Positions 1 through 12,296 of a DNA stretch of 64,000 nucleotides are shown here, one piece after another. The position numbers and the translations under genes are program-made. The stretch lies in IMG/VR virus record IMGVR_UViG_3300022552_000002, positions 1 to 64,000 of that record. The stretch is one strand, 5' to 3'. Each line of letters starts with the position of its first letter. Position 1 is the stretch's first letter. The notes below the pieces were generated by a model. The model was not told the origin of the DNA, ran no database searches, and was given only the letters and a program-made list of their open reading frames with translations. The DNA is from a virus.

Positions 1-161
1 ACTACATTATCAAGCATCTTATCTGTATCTCTTCCTGATACAAAATGTTCCTTATGATTACCTGAAGTCAAACCAAAGAAACCCATTTCATTAAACTTTT
101 TAAGAATATCCAAGCAGTCATTTGTTCTTCTCAAAGCGCGTGTGTTAACATATTTGGACAT
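1..161 (-). CDS. hypothetical protein, runs off window edge
   Basis: ATG at 161 preceded by GAGGGA; frame open to position 1 (MSKYVNTRALRR...). Confidence 0.6.
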   Translation of the reverse strand, partial: MSKYVNTRALRRTNDCLDILKKFNEMGFFGLTSGNHKEHFVSGRDTDKMLDNV

Positions 162-171
162 TGTTTCCCTC

Positions 172-549
172 CTAGTTTTCGTCTGCTCTGATGAAACGGT
201 AGTCTTGATCATCAAGATCATCTTTATATTTTCCAAGACAATCAAGACAAAGAACTTCACACTCTAGTTTACCATTCTTTTTAGTTGGAAGATTTTCTGG
301 ATCGAAGTCTTCATTTTCACCGATAATAAAGTAACGATGGTTATCTTCAGTTAATTCACCACAGGTCTCACAACATAGACAATCGTTGCACATGCCACCA
401 TTATTTTCTAATTCTTCAAGCGTGAACCACTTGTCGCACCATTCACACTTGTCGCAGTTACCACAATCGCCTTCGCTTTCGTGGTAACGTTCTCCACATG
501 TACTACAGGTGGTAAAATAATTACCCCAATCATCAGGCACGTTGCTCAT
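172..549 (-). CDS. Cys-rich putative zinc-binding protein
   Basis: multiple CxxC pairs; overlaps stop of upstream gene. Confidence 0.6.
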   Translation of the reverse strand: MSNVPDDWGNYFTTCSTCGERYHESEGDCGNCDKCEWCDKWFTLEELENNGGMCNDCLCCETCGELTEDNHRYFIIGENEDFDPENLPTKKNGKLECEVLCLDCLGKYKDDLDDQDYRFIRADEN

Positions 550-881
550 GGTTTTCTCTTCTTTCTCTTCTTTTTATCTTTCAAAGCTTCAAGAACAGAT
601 TCACTACAAACAACTGTCCATCCTTTTTCTTCAAGTTTTATTTTCATAGTCGCTAAATCATCAGGATAATTATATCCTGATTTATCTTTTTCTTTTACAA
701 TCCACAGATTTTGAGAAGCTAAATATATTAAGTCATGGCAACGAAAACGTACTTTTCCTAAATCAATAACAAGACCGGGTAATGGTTGAATTGGGCAATC
801 AAAAATTTTTGAAGCATCAATCCAATCACCACAATAATTATGGTGTAATGTTTTTCTATGAACTTCAACTTTAAAGCTCAT
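546..881 (-). CDS. hypothetical protein
   Basis: ORF with AAGGAG RBS, tight packing. Confidence 0.7.
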   Translation of the reverse strand: MSFKVEVHRKTLHHNYCGDWIDASKIFDCPIQPLPGLVIDLGKVRFRCHDLIYLASQNLWIVKEKDKSGYNYPDDLATMKIKLEEKGWTVVCSESVLEALKDKKKRKKRKP

Positions 882-908
882 GGTTTCTCCTTTGATAATG
901 GTTTTAAC

Positions 909-1775
909 TCAATCCACAAATTTAGTTTTGTTATTAACCCAAGAATTGTCTTTAACTTTTATTGTTGTATCTTTTGACGGTATTGATTCTAAAGATATTG
1001 ATTGTAATTTAATTTCTCCCCATGTAGAATTATAAGCATGTATGCTATTAGTTTTTAAATATTCTCCATTCCATTCCCAAACTACTGGATATTTATTGTT
1101 TGTAGTCCATGTAATTGGGTAATTAAGTGTAAGCAAAATAGCCATTCTACCGACATGATTTGGTTCTTTATCTAATTTTGGGCGCTTCTTGATAAGACGA
1201 TTCCACATTTTTTTATCATTTTCTTTTAGATGATTTAAAAATGTAGGTATGCTTTCTTTTTGATATGAAGTTATTTCTCCACCAAACATTGCTTGTGGTT
1301 TAAAATCAACTATTGAAAGTACAGTATCAATTGACCATGTTGAACGTGGAAGAAAAGGATTACCACCGACAAATGGAATAGAGTGGCTTAAAAAAGGAAG
1401 TGCTTTATTCATATCCATATGTGCATATGGAAGATAAATATAATCACTAATGAAAGCTAATTTGTTAGTAGAAGAACTATTTAATGATGGTGTATTAGGA
1501 TATTCTTTTTTCTTTTTATCGATCCATCTATAAAATGCACGCGCGCGCTTTGTATATCCAGTTTCTATTGACAATTTACCATATGGACAGCGATGAGTTG
1601 AAAACATATTAGCAAATATACATTGATCTTTGCTTCGTAGTGGACATTTATCAAGTTTACATCTAATAGTAGTGCATTTGGCTTTTGAGTTAGCCACTTG
1701 CTTGAATATAGTTCTTGATGGATCGAATATAAATCTAGAAATCACTTTATATTCTTCGTTAGACACGTTACTCAT
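909..1775 (-). CDS. hypothetical protein (288 aa)
   Basis: long ORF with AGGAG RBS. Confidence 0.75.
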   Translation of the reverse strand: MSNVSNEEYKVISRFIFDPSRTIFKQVANSKAKCTTIRCKLDKCPLRSKDQCIFANMFSTHRCPYGKLSIETGYTKRARAFYRWIDKKKKEYPNTPSLNSSSTNKLAFISDYIYLPYAHMDMNKALPFLSHSIPFVGGNPFLPRSTWSIDTVLSIVDFKPQAMFGGEITSYQKESIPTFLNHLKENDKKMWNRLIKKRPKLDKEPNHVGRMAILLTLNYPITWTTNNKYPVVWEWNGEYLKTNSIHAYNSTWGEIKLQSISLESIPSKDTTIKVKDNSWVNNKTKFVD

Positions 1776-1942
1776 GGTTTTCTCTCCTGAAGATAGCTAT
1801 TAAAACATTCAAACCATTCTTTCATGGTGCGATTGTTTAGATCTTTATCTTTATTAGCAGCCATCATAATCTTGTGTTCCATCATTTGCTCAAAGTCTCT
1901 TACAACCTGGTGCAGATCGAGCACAAATTCAGTTAGTTTCAT
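1772..1942 (-). CDS. small hypothetical protein (56 aa), not in ORF track
   Basis: MKLTEFVLDLHQ...QERKP; ATGA overlaps at both ends fill the gap exactly. Confidence 0.65.
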   Translation of the reverse strand: MKLTEFVLDLHQVVRDFEQMMEHKIMMAANKDKDLNNRTMKEWFECFNSYLQERKP

Positions 1943-2238
1943 GTTGTTTGCCTTTCTAATAGATGCGAAAGCCTGTCTCTTCTGACAGCGAGATCTTCTT
2001 TATCTTTTCTCCATCTCATTTGTATGTCGTCTATTAATCTATTTTGTAGACTTTTGTTTCTTTTGAAGTTATTTGACCATGGCCAACACATACCGAATTC
2101 AGGATATTTATCTTCGAATTCTCTAGCACATGTATTACATCCATGTTCAAGATAAGATCCTTTAGTTCCATATCCAAACATTGGACTATGATCGCCTTGA
2201 TTAATGCTACCTTTGCATCTTGAATTATTGCATGGCAT
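1939..2238 (-). CDS. hypothetical Cys-containing protein
   Basis: TAATG coupling to helicase stop. Confidence 0.65.
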   Translation of the reverse strand: MPCNNSRCKGSINQGDHSPMFGYGTKGSYLEHGCNTCAREFEDKYPEFGMCWPWSNNFKRNKSLQNRLIDDIQMRWRKDKEDLAVRRDRLSHLLERQTT

Positions 2239-4919
2239 TATGCGGTCTCCTTATCAAACATTGAGTTAAGAACATCACCAGAAATATCACCTACGTCAGC
2301 GGCAGAACCATCAACAATTTTATTAATGATCTTCATTTTGTGAGCAATGATTGCAGCCATCTTCCCATCAATGCTATTTTCCATATCAAGATATTCGATC
2401 ATTACATTGTTCCTCTGATTTATTCTCCAGAGTCGGTCTTCCATTTGCACCATATCAGCTGGACGCCAAGTACGTTCAACTACCTTCATGTTCTGACAAA
2501 CTTGAAGTCCATCTGTTCCTGTTCCAGCTGCCATGATGGAAGCTAAGAAAACACGAGCTTCTTTTGCTACGAATTTATCAATAGCATCTTGTCTTTTAGA
2601 TGAGTTATCACCACCTCTGATAGTAACAATAGAGTGTCCAGCTTTCTTAATAGATTCTTCTAGTCTATTAACCACATCTTTGTGATGTGCAAAGATAGTT
2701 AATTGTTCGTCTTCATTGCTTTCGAACCAATCATTGAAATATTCAATAAGAGAATTGATTTTAGAAAGAGCACAAAGGCGCTTCAATGTAGTAAGTTTGG
2801 TGATAGCTTCAGCTGCTTGTGCTTTGTTAAGTTTTTCTATACCACCTTCTTCAAATGCCCACTTAAAGAAATCTTTAACTGCCAAATCATATTCTGCTCT
2901 ATCTTCTTTCTTAATATCGAGCGTAGTTCTGAAAACTAGTTTTTCGGGTAGATCTTTAAGTACATCTTTCTTTTTACGACGAATCATATATTGACCAACC
3001 ACTCTACGATGTAGTTCATCAAGATTAGACGCACCATCGAACTTTTTGATAGTAATGAAAGTATCTTTGACTCGATTATAGATCTGTTTCTCTTCTGGAT
3101 TACAATATTTGTAACCGAATGTAGTAAACTTTGGCCACTTCTGAGGGTCACAGATATGAAGTTGGTGCCAAAGCTCTCTTGGTCTGTTAAGAACTGGAGT
3201 ACCAGTCATGAGAATTCTTCTAGGAATATTCTTGGCAATTTCTCGAGCTGCAATTGAACGACCTGATTTAGATTCTTTAACGTAATGAGATTCATCTAAA
3301 ATCATAGTACGAAAACCATAGTATCTGAAGAAGTTTTTATGACGCTTTAGCAGATCGTAGTTTGTAATAACAATATCTGGTTGATAAGTAGAAAGTTTTT
3401 CGATACTGTGTTTTGTCTTTTCTTTATTGCCGTTCTTATTAATTTTGTAGAAAAAGCCACCTTCAATTACTACGCAGTTAATGTCGTTATTAATCCATTC
3501 TATAATTTTCCTACCCCAATTAAGTTTAACATTAGCTGGACAAACAATGAGACTTGGTTGTCTTCTGTAATCACGATCAATAAAAGCTAGTGCTTGAACA
3601 GTTTTACCACAGTTATGTACAATAATTCCATTAGCAATAAAATTTCTATATGGATCTTCCATTACAATATCATAGACTCTTCTCTCACCAATATTTCTGA
3701 TACTAACTACTCTATCTTCTTTTGGAAGGAATGTAATTTTACCACCAGTACCGGCGGTTCCACCATGCATATTAAGATGTTTATTGTGCAAAATATGATG
3801 TTCAGAACAAGAAGTTAGTTGAAGATTTTCTATTCTATTATCATGTCTTATCTCATTTTTATGGTGAATTTGTTCTGGCCATTCAATATATCTTCCAAGA
3901 TGTTTTTCCATTACAAGTATGTGTTCAAAAACAATACCATTATTGAATTCTCTTGGATGATCAAAATTACCAGAGACACGAATGTATCCGTCCTTATCGA
4001 TAAATTTTCCACCTTTGAATGTTGGTTTCTTTCTCAGATACCTATAAATACATTGTTTACAATATCCTCTATACTTTGAATATTTATACGTTGTTATATT
4101 TTCTGTACCACTACATCTTTTGCAAACAATTTTTCCATTAACAAGAATTTTCTTATTCAATGAGTTTGCTGCTTCAATTTCTTTACCATTCTTTTTAAAC
4201 AATTCATGGTCAGGAGTGAGTCTTAATTTTTTTCTAGATTTAGTTGTGATTTCGATTACATGTTTTTTACCTTGATAGATAACTTTTTTAATTCTATTGA
4301 GTGTGAGTTCGTTATCGGTGAGAGATTTAGTGTAAGTTGGAATATCTGTGTTCCATCTGCCTTCGATTCCATTAAACTTTTTATACAAATCCCTTAGTTT
4401 TATTTTAGAAGCTTTACCAGCTCTGTTAATAGCAATGATTGCATTACCACTAATACAACCCATATCGTCACCAATAATAATGCCACCATTGATAGCAATT
4501 TTCAGTTCAAGGAAGCGCACACCAGCGCTTTGGAACGGATAAAGCGCACCACCATGAATACTGATTTCATCTTCCTCAGAGACAGTAGTGGCTGTAGAAA
4601 ACTTATTCTGCTTCTTAACTCGGTTGACTAGATTAAGAATGGTCTCGTCAAATTCTGCTGTTGGATAATGTTCAATCACAACACCAATAGCTGCCTCGAC
4701 GAAATCATTCTTAACCCACCAACAACGTTTTTTCTTATCCCACCCTTTGTTCCATCCAAATACAGCTGCTTTCAAACTGTCATTAAACGCACCATTGTAC
4801 TTTGGTGTGTAGATATCAATTCCTTCATTAGTTGCTTTGACTTTCGTAACTGACACTTTTGGCGTGGGTTGTTTTCTAACAACACTTCTTTCTGGAATTA
4901 TCATTTCAATTTGCTTCAA
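2238..4919 (-). CDS. SNF2/SMARCAL1(HARP)-like helicase interrupted by an intein
   Basis: LYPFQ Q-motif, DDMG/CGKT Walker A after splicing, IVCPA, DESH, MTGTP, QMEDRLWRINQ motif VI; N-terminal HARP-like segment. Confidence 0.9.
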   Translation of the reverse strand: MKQIEMIIPERSVVRKQPTPKVSVTKVKATNEGIDIYTPKYNGAFNDSLKAAVFGWNKGWDKKKRCWWVKNDFVEAAIGVVIEHYPTAEFDETILNLVNRVKKQNKFSTATTVSEEDEISIHGGALYPFQSAGVRFLELKIAINGGIIIGDDMGCISGNAIIAINRAGKASKIKLRDLYKKFNGIEGRWNTDIPTYTKSLTDNELTLNRIKKVIYQGKKHVIEITTKSRKKLRLTPDHELFKKNGKEIEAANSLNKKILVNGKIVCKRCSGTENITTYKYSKYRGYCKQCIYRYLRKKPTFKGGKFIDKDGYIRVSGNFDHPREFNNGIVFEHILVMEKHLGRYIEWPEQIHHKNEIRHDNRIENLQLTSCSEHHILHNKHLNMHGGTAGTGGKITFLPKEDRVVSIRNIGERRVYDIVMEDPYRNFIANGIIVHNCGKTVQALAFIDRDYRRQPSLIVCPANVKLNWGRKIIEWINNDINCVVIEGGFFYKINKNGNKEKTKHSIEKLSTYQPDIVITNYDLLKRHKNFFRYYGFRTMILDESHYVKESKSGRSIAAREIAKNIPRRILMTGTPVLNRPRELWHQLHICDPQKWPKFTTFGYKYCNPEEKQIYNRVKDTFITIKKFDGASNLDELHRRVVGQYMIRRKKKDVLKDLPEKLVFRTTLDIKKEDRAEYDLAVKDFFKWAFEEGGIEKLNKAQAAEAITKLTTLKRLCALSKINSLIEYFNDWFESNEDEQLTIFAHHKDVVNRLEESIKKAGHSIVTIRGGDNSSKRQDAIDKFVAKEARVFLASIMAAGTGTDGLQVCQNMKVVERTWRPADMVQMEDRLWRINQRNNVMIEYLDMENSIDGKMAAIIAHKMKIINKIVDGSAADVGDISGDVLNSMFDKETA
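3612..4457 (-). mobile_element. intein (282 aa) carrying an HNH homing endonuclease
   Basis: starts CISGNA, block B LTPDH, ends VYDI...NFIANGIIVHN followed by Cys+1; internal EHILVMEKHLGR...HHKNEIRHDNRIENL. Confidence 0.92.
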
Positions 4920-4928
4920 TTTTGTTTC

Positions 4929-5381
4929 CTAAGCAGACTTTGCAACAATCTCATTGTAAACTTCAAGCTCCAACTCTTCAGAAAGAAGCTTCGCATTGAG
5001 ACGAACAACCTCGGTCTTCGGGAGCTTACTAATCACTTCCCTCTTCATGCGATTCACAAGAGACTCCATCTCATCAAACGACATTCCGATCATTTCCGCA
5101 ATGTCGTCTTGACCCATCACCATTGAAACCTTGATGGCTTCCTCCATAGCAAACAAGATGTTCTCTCTCTGAATGCCGCTCTTGTGGAGAGCAATTGCTA
5201 GACACTTCAACCATGGAATAGAGGTAGTTGAAGCCTTCTCGCTTGTCTTCTTGTTGAGCTTACCAAAAATACGAACAATCATGTCAATATTGTACTCTCC
5301 ATCAGAGATGTCGTTCTTTGCTTCCTTCTCTTCCTTGCTGGAGATGGCCTTTGACAGAGCGAGAGTGTTGATTGAGTTCAT
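4929..5381 (-). CDS. hypothetical protein, paralog of 33489..34013
   Basis: shared LAL.K, D.IVR..G.L.K and T.SIPWL...A.....SG motifs; GGAGG RBS. Confidence 0.8.
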   Translation of the reverse strand: MNSINTLALSKAISSKEEKEAKNDISDGEYNIDMIVRIFGKLNKKTSEKASTTSIPWLKCLAIALHKSGIQRENILFAMEEAIKVSMVMGQDDIAEMIGMSFDEMESLVNRMKREVISKLPKTEVVRLNAKLLSEELELEVYNEIVAKSA

Positions 5382-5518
5382 CTTTTCCTCCGATTTTTGT
5401 TGGCTTTTGGATTACAATAAATATGCATAAAGTTTTGCATATAACATGGGTATTGTCAATCGTTGAATATACATATAATAATGTCTAATGTTTATCAACA
5501 GTTGATTGAAAACTACAG

Positions 5519-7078
5519 TTATGTCAGATACTTAACTCCACAGTGAATACACAGATTGCCTTCAATGGTGTGTTGTCCTCCACAGTGCGAACACACTTCA
5601 AAAGTCTCTTCAATGTATGTTCTGGCTTCTTCTTCGGTATCGAACACACACCAATCAGTACAATCCATATAGCCAGGAGCAGAGAGTCGAGCACCGTAAC
5701 CTTCAACAATTTTTGATTCGTAGAAGGTTCTGTTGCGTGTCATCTCCAGCATTTTTGTTGCCAACTTATTGTTGGTATTTTCAGCAGCAATTTCTGCCAT
5801 CATCATTTTGATTTCTTCTTTTCCCCACAAATCTAGAGGAAGCCATTCAGTTCCTTCTGGACCGTCGATCTCTACCCATTTCTGTTTAACGATTTGTGGA
5901 ATCATGTGTGGCATTATAGCTCCTTAAACAATGGGCCATTGTCTGGTTCGAATGGATTTTGAAAACAACAATCAAAATAACCAAGTACCATGTTTTGTAT
6001 TGCTATTCCCAAATCAAAATCACTAATGAACTCTGATATGTCACAGACATAATGATGTTCATTGATAGAATAGAAAGTTCTGCCATGTTGGTACTCTGTG
6101 TAGATAATCACGTCTTTGAGATTATGCATTAGTCTTCCTCCTTTATAGGAACACCATCGATACCATATCTAACTTTTTCAACACCATCATATTCAATTTC
6201 GTATGAAACTAAATCATAAAGCTCATACCATTCAGAGTAACAATTGATGCAATAGATTTCCTGCCATGCTGTTGCATCTTCGATGTGGACAGGGCCACCT
6301 TCAATATCAGTATTGTTACACACAGGGCAACGACTGCTATTTTTCAAATGTTCTTTGTTAGTTTTCATTGTTCCTCCATACCTTCGATAACAGACGCCAA
6401 CCAAGGAGCAGCGTACTCATTGAACAAGTAGTCATGTCGTCTGCTTGGAAATCTTGAAGGCATTGCGTTCTCTTCGAAGCGATTCTGTTCTGCTTTGATT
6501 AGTTTGACAGCAACAGGATCGACATCTTCGCCACCTTCATATTTCCAATCCTCTTTGTCGAGCAGTCCAATCATCACAAAGCCGATTTCAAGTCGTAGTT
6601 CTTCCTTCAACTTCTTGAATCGCTCTTCATAGTTAATATTTGCCATTGCTTTCTTGCGTGCAGTATCAGCAATGTAATTGCCGACGTGTTCTGCTGAACG
6701 CATAGCAGACTTGGCTCGCTCAATCATTTGCTTTTTGGAAACAATGAAAGAGATGCGATCTCGAATGTAAGTTTCAAGATCACCATAAACATGAGTCAAG
6801 TGACCGAGGATTTCTGCGGCATTCATATGATCGCTTTTGTACTTCATAGTTCTAGAGATGTTCAGAAAGGCATCCCATTTACCGTTCATTCGCCCCCATG
6901 TACAGCTGTTACACTGCGCATTTTCAGGCAAATCGTTGAAGAAAAGTTCCAAGTGAGAGGCAGCTTGGTAAGCATCACAATCTTCCTCGAAAGTGAGAAT
7001 AGCAGTGATGATTGCCTTGTGTTCACCTCGCTTGTGGTGATTGTCACACATGATATTGACATTGATATCAGTCTTCAT
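5519..7078 (-). other. four early-type hypothetical CDS (5519-5914, 5914-6129, 6129-6368, 6365-7078)
   Basis: overlapping stop/start codons and RBSs; 5519 has an RLSAPGYMDCTDW motif typical of phage early proteins. Confidence 0.7.
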
Positions 7079-7596
7079 CGTTGCTCCTTGTTTCTTAGAA
7101 AGTTAAAGTTGTTAGGTTGTTTACTCATAATAGCTTCGATTTTATCAAGACTAAATGGATAGAAGTTATTGTTATCTACTCCAATGTCCCATTGCTTACC
7201 TATAGGCGGTAATCCGCCATGTGAGTGACCAAATAATTGCCAACTATTGTAATGAGATTTGTGCCATACTCTGCCTGCATAGTGACATACAACTATAGGT
7301 TGTCCATTTAATGTCTTTGTCCATACTTCATGATAAGACCCACCCATCCAACTATCATGACTACCACGTAATAGAACATGGTTTCCATTCAATTTTCGCA
7401 GAATAGCTTCTGCGTCTTTCTTGTTGCCGAAACAGAAATCACCAGCATGAATTGTTATATCTTGTGGTGTTACAATTTCATTGTGTCGTTTAATAATTTG
7501 AGCATTCATTTCTTCAACAGAAGAAAACGGTCTATTGGTGTATTCTATAATTTTAGCGTGACTGTAATGTTCATCTGCTGTAAAGAAGTATCCCAT
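7075..7596 (-). CDS. calcineurin-like metallophosphoesterase
   Basis: ADEHYSH, HAGDF, RGSHD, CHY, FGHSH, DIGVD motifs. Confidence 0.9.
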   Translation of the reverse strand: MGYFFTADEHYSHAKIIEYTNRPFSSVEEMNAQIIKRHNEIVTPQDITIHAGDFCFGNKKDAEAILRKLNGNHVLLRGSHDSWMGGSYHEVWTKTLNGQPIVVCHYAGRVWHKSHYNSWQLFGHSHGGLPPIGKQWDIGVDNNNFYPFSLDKIEAIMSKQPNNFNFLRNKEQR

Positions 7597-10433
7597 TTAC
7601 CTCTCCTATTGAGATCTTGGGTGTCCGCATTCAAGAAAATCTGGATTACTATTAAGAACGTTCGTCCATTTGTCGCATTCATAGCAAAATGCAATTGACA
7701 ATTGGAGAACTAACACATCAGCATACTCAGAACCACAACGGTAACTGCAAAAATGACTGTTGTTTCGAGCTGCCCTATTGCCACAGTGAAGGCAAAGGGG
7801 TTTACTCCTCTTTCTGCCTGCCATTACTTTTTAATTTTAGAATCAAAGTTAGCAGCATGTTCAATTGTTCGTTCTATACTCTTGATCATTCCAGCAATCT
7901 CTTTCATGTTGTCAGAATCCAGATCAACAAGAGACTGTTTAACAACAGACTGAATTGTACTTTTAAGATTGGGGAAATGACCTAAAGTTATTTCCCTTTC
8001 TTTCCCAATATTTTCGGCTTTAGCCTTTCTTCCTCTTGTGCTTTTTCCTGTGATAATCTTCTTTCTTTTAAGAACAAAATTATATCCATCTTCGATTTCA
8101 ATAAAGAGTTTTTTGGTTATTTCAATCTTTGCCATTAGACGCTCCTTCTTTTCAACTTTGTACAATGACATATTTGTGTATACTCTCCATATTGAACGCC
8201 CCACCAATGGCCAATTTCATCATTGCCAAACCAAACATCTTCTCTGGTTCCAGCAATATTATGAGAGCCATTACTTGAAGCATAGCAATTGAGCTTCAAC
8301 GATCCAGGCCAATTACTTACTACGCGAGGATGTTTTTCTGTATTCAGATAGAGATGAACACGATCTCCTGGCTTTGCGTCTTCCATTCTCTGAAGATCTA
8401 GTTTGCCACAGCAGTCGTAACAAATTGTTTCACCAGCAACATTCTTACCATAACCTGTACCAACACCACTTGTGCTAATGGGTTTTGTTTTCTTACAAAT
8501 TGGACATTCAAATGCTTTGACTTTTTTCATTTTACCTCCTAAATCCAGTTTCCGTGGCAGTATTCAATAGCTTCATACTCATCTTCAAATTCTCCAATGT
8601 CAACCGTTTCCATACGATCAACAGAAGAACAATGCATATAGATAGAATCTTGATCTGTATCTGAATCATTAATTCCATCATACATTTCTTCTCGTTCATC
8701 TTCGTTTAGTTCTATATCCCAATCAGACTGAGTATGAACGAAAAGAAGTTCATATGAAGGTGTTAACTCACAACAATGAGTTGCTTCATTTGGATTAAAC
8801 ACATATACGCCTACCATTTCAGTGATGCCGAATTTTTCACGGAATTTTTCGTTCCAATGCCGTGTTTCATCTATCTTCACTGCTTTGAACTCAGGCATTT
8901 GTTTCTCCTAGTAACGATTGTGAGTTTTTTCACCACTTGGGTCGTGGGTTTCTATAAGAATATATTTGAAATCATCAAACGAAATCTTGTTCAATATCTT
9001 ACCATCAAACCAGAAGTAGTAATTGTCTTCACCATCAGTCTCGAAGTGCTGAATATATCCAAACAGACTCTTGGTATTCATTCGAGGATCGAGTAGGTTG
9101 GTTCCTAATTCTCTCAGAATCCAACCGAAGACAGTCGGTGCATCTTTCTCTTGTAGTCTGTTAAAGTCATGCACTACAAGATCTGTATCGAACCTTGTTG
9201 GTCGCATATACTTCACGGACATTCTTTTCATTTGGTCAAAAGGATTAGCCATTGTTGTCTCCTATAAACCTGCTTTTTCGTGTGGTATACAAGTACAATC
9301 TTCTATTGTTTCTTCACATAAAGAGCATTTATTTACTATTCTTCTCCATTATCTCTTTGGAATTGCGAATTCATTCTTCTTTCATGTTCTTCTTCCATTA
9401 TTTCTCTTTCTAATTCCGACATCATGTGATCATCATAATATTCTCTTTGTCTTTGTTCCTCTTCCTCTTCAGCTTTTAATAGTTCATCTTCTTCCATTTC
9501 GTCTGCAACGAATTGAAGCATCTTAGAATTCATCTTAGCCATTGTTGCCTCGATTCTTTGTAGCTTCAATCAGTTTTTGTGTCAGTTCTTCTTCATCTTC
9601 TTTTTTAATTTCAGGATCAAGATAACCAAGCGCATATAAAGCTATTTTACAAGAATCTTCAGAAGGGTAAGCGCCTTGATCGTCATTATTCTCTAACTCT
9701 GTTTGATCATTATCCCAGAGCCAGGAGAAAACGTCTGCACACCAATCAACATCGCTGTCGATTAGATCGTCGCGAACAAAGTTGTGTGCAATTTGAGAAA
9801 TATTTTCAACAGCAGCTTCGTACTCTCTGTTTGAGTAATCACTGTCATCGAGTACAGGATATTCTTCGAGAGCCATTTTCAATTCACAGACTTTCTTTAC
9901 TGCGTCTGTGACATTTCCATCCTCATCTACGACTCGAACAGAATATCCATCGATCCATCCACATCCCCAATGGTTGTGGCTTTCAGAGTGTGCGGTTCCG
10001 TCTTCAACAAACGGTTCCATTTCCTTATCAAACACAGATGCGTTTGAAAGATCGAGGATACCGGAGTCTCGATTGTGGGTGTAGAAGATACCCCAATTCT
10101 CAGGGTCTTCAATACCCATTCTCCAATGAGACCAGCCGAAGCTTTCAAACTTCTGCCAATTACCCTTGAACTCTTTCACGAAATCATCGAGATGATCTTC
10201 AAAGTGCATTATCTTTCTCCTCTATCATCATATGTGTGAATACTTGCGAATGGAATGTTGTATTCTCTTAGGTGTTCTAGAATAGTATCAGCATATACAT
10301 TGTGACAAAAAATTCTGGCTTTTCCGTATTTGAAAATTATTGCATAATCAGTATTTGGTTTAATGCTATGTTCTTCTCTTAAATGAGACTGCATTTGTAT
10401 CAATGGTATTTTAACGTCTGTCATTTTGTCTCC

Positions 10434-10493
10434 TTTCGTGAATCCATCACTCCCACATTTCCGTAGAAATAGGGAGTACAAAGAGCCACGAAA
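10434..10493 (-). promoter_or_regulatory. long imperfect intergenic RNA hairpin abutting an RBS
   Basis: TTTCGTG/CACGAAA, ACTCCC/GGGAGT, ATTTC/GAAAT nested stems; 3' arm runs into AAAGGAG. Confidence 0.55.
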
Positions 10494-12238
10494 TCAAGCA
10501 TACTACAGGAGAGATTTCAAGCGCTTCAGAAAATCTTCCTTTCCTTCTCGTTCGTCCATTCCGTAGTGGCCTTCACCGAAGCCATTGCATTCATGGTTGA
10601 AGTACCATGTGATATGTTCTATACCACCTTCAATGTGTTCGGCTTTACGTTTAAAGAGAACAACACTCAGAATAGGATTGCGAATACATCGACAGCTTGT
10701 GACAAGCTGCGCTCCGACGTTCTTTGTTGGCATATGATGTTCGCTCATCATTACTCCTCTGGATAGAGACAAAAAGCTTCAGCAATTTGTTCTGCTAATC
10801 CATATCCGAAAGTCCGACGTGCGCCGTCGAACCAATCAAGATAATGGTAAGAACCACCAGTCCAATCTTTTCCTTCAGGATCCCAGTCAAGACAAATGTA
10901 GTCTTGTGGGCCACCATAGGAAAGCTCAATTTTGAATTGAACTGTCTTAGAAATAGCAAGCGGCAACTCTGAAAGCCGCTCCTGATGAAATTCTCGAATG
11001 AAGTCTAGGATTTCTGTTTCGTAGTTTTCCCAGACCCACTCATCGAAATCAGAGTCAAGTTGATCGTCTTGACTTCGTTTCAAGCCATTAGCTTTTTCTT
11101 CATCAGTCAAAGGATCATCAGTATCAGAATACTCAGGAAAAGAATCTTCACACGATTCAACCCATTCATCGAGAAGAACATCGTGTTTCATTCCTGTAGC
11201 ATCCTTGTAAAAATCATTAATGACACTGCTTTGATAAGCAGCATAACAATCAAAACAATCTTGAAGACTCTCAAGATCAGGAAGAATCTGATCCATCCTT
11301 GATGCCTGATGAGACTCAACAAGCTCTTCGCAGCTTAGCTCTTTCTTTTGATTCTCAGCCATTACTTACCTCCCTAGATGCTTGATGTTTTCGAGAATAT
11401 GCCACTTGATTTTTTCTTCATCGCCTTCATTTAATGCTTCAATGAAATTCCTCATTTCATCTGAAACATGATAAATCTTCTGTTTTCTATTTTTAAAGTA
11501 CGGTTTAATTTGAGATACATGACCAGCACGCGCCATATTCTCGAGAACACGATAAGCTCTTGAATAAACTTCGTTTGCTCTTGACCAATCAGGAAGATTA
11601 TTCATTGTTTCTCCTTATGCTGTAATGAATCCAAGTTCTTTAAGTTTCTTTCTTGTAACTACTTTCCAGGAATTTATTTCATCAACTCGTTTCTTATATG
11701 CTTGTCTAGCTTGTTTCTTTGTTCCGAATTTTTCGTCTCTATCATACCCACAATCATCAGCTCCCCAAACGCATGTTCTAATTGCTGGATAGCCCCATAT
11801 TTTTGTACATAGTATCACTTTCACTCTAACCGTATCATTTGGATAATTAGGATAAAATTGATCTGTTGTAGGTAGATATATTTCGTGTTCAAGATATTGT
11901 TCGTGTTTATAGATTTTCATTTGTCGCTCCTTACAGATCTTTCATGATCTCATATATCTTTTCGTAATCTGATTCGTTGATTTTGTTATCTCTTACTAAT
12001 TTGTATAGTTCGTATTTTATTCTTTCAACCATTTCTCCTATTTCTTTTAGCTTTTTAAATGTTTCCCTTGAATGTTCAATAGAATGCTTACACCATGAGT
12101 CAGTTTCAGACAGAAAACCACGAGCACCATCTGTAATTTCATCTTTTGGTATTGGATCTGGATACATATGCAATGATGATTGTGCGTCTATTAATTCATT
12201 CATTGCAGATAGAATCATTTGTTTACTCATATCTTCTC

Positions 12239-12296
12239 CTTTGTTAACTCACAGAATCCCTTGATCTGTATCAAGAGAAACTGTTAGGCAACAAAG
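12239..12296 (-). promoter_or_regulatory. long imperfect intergenic RNA hairpin abutting an RBS
   Basis: CTTTGTT/AACAAAG outer stem, TCTCTTGAT/ATCAAGGGA inner stem; 3' arm overlaps AAAGGAG. Confidence 0.6.
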
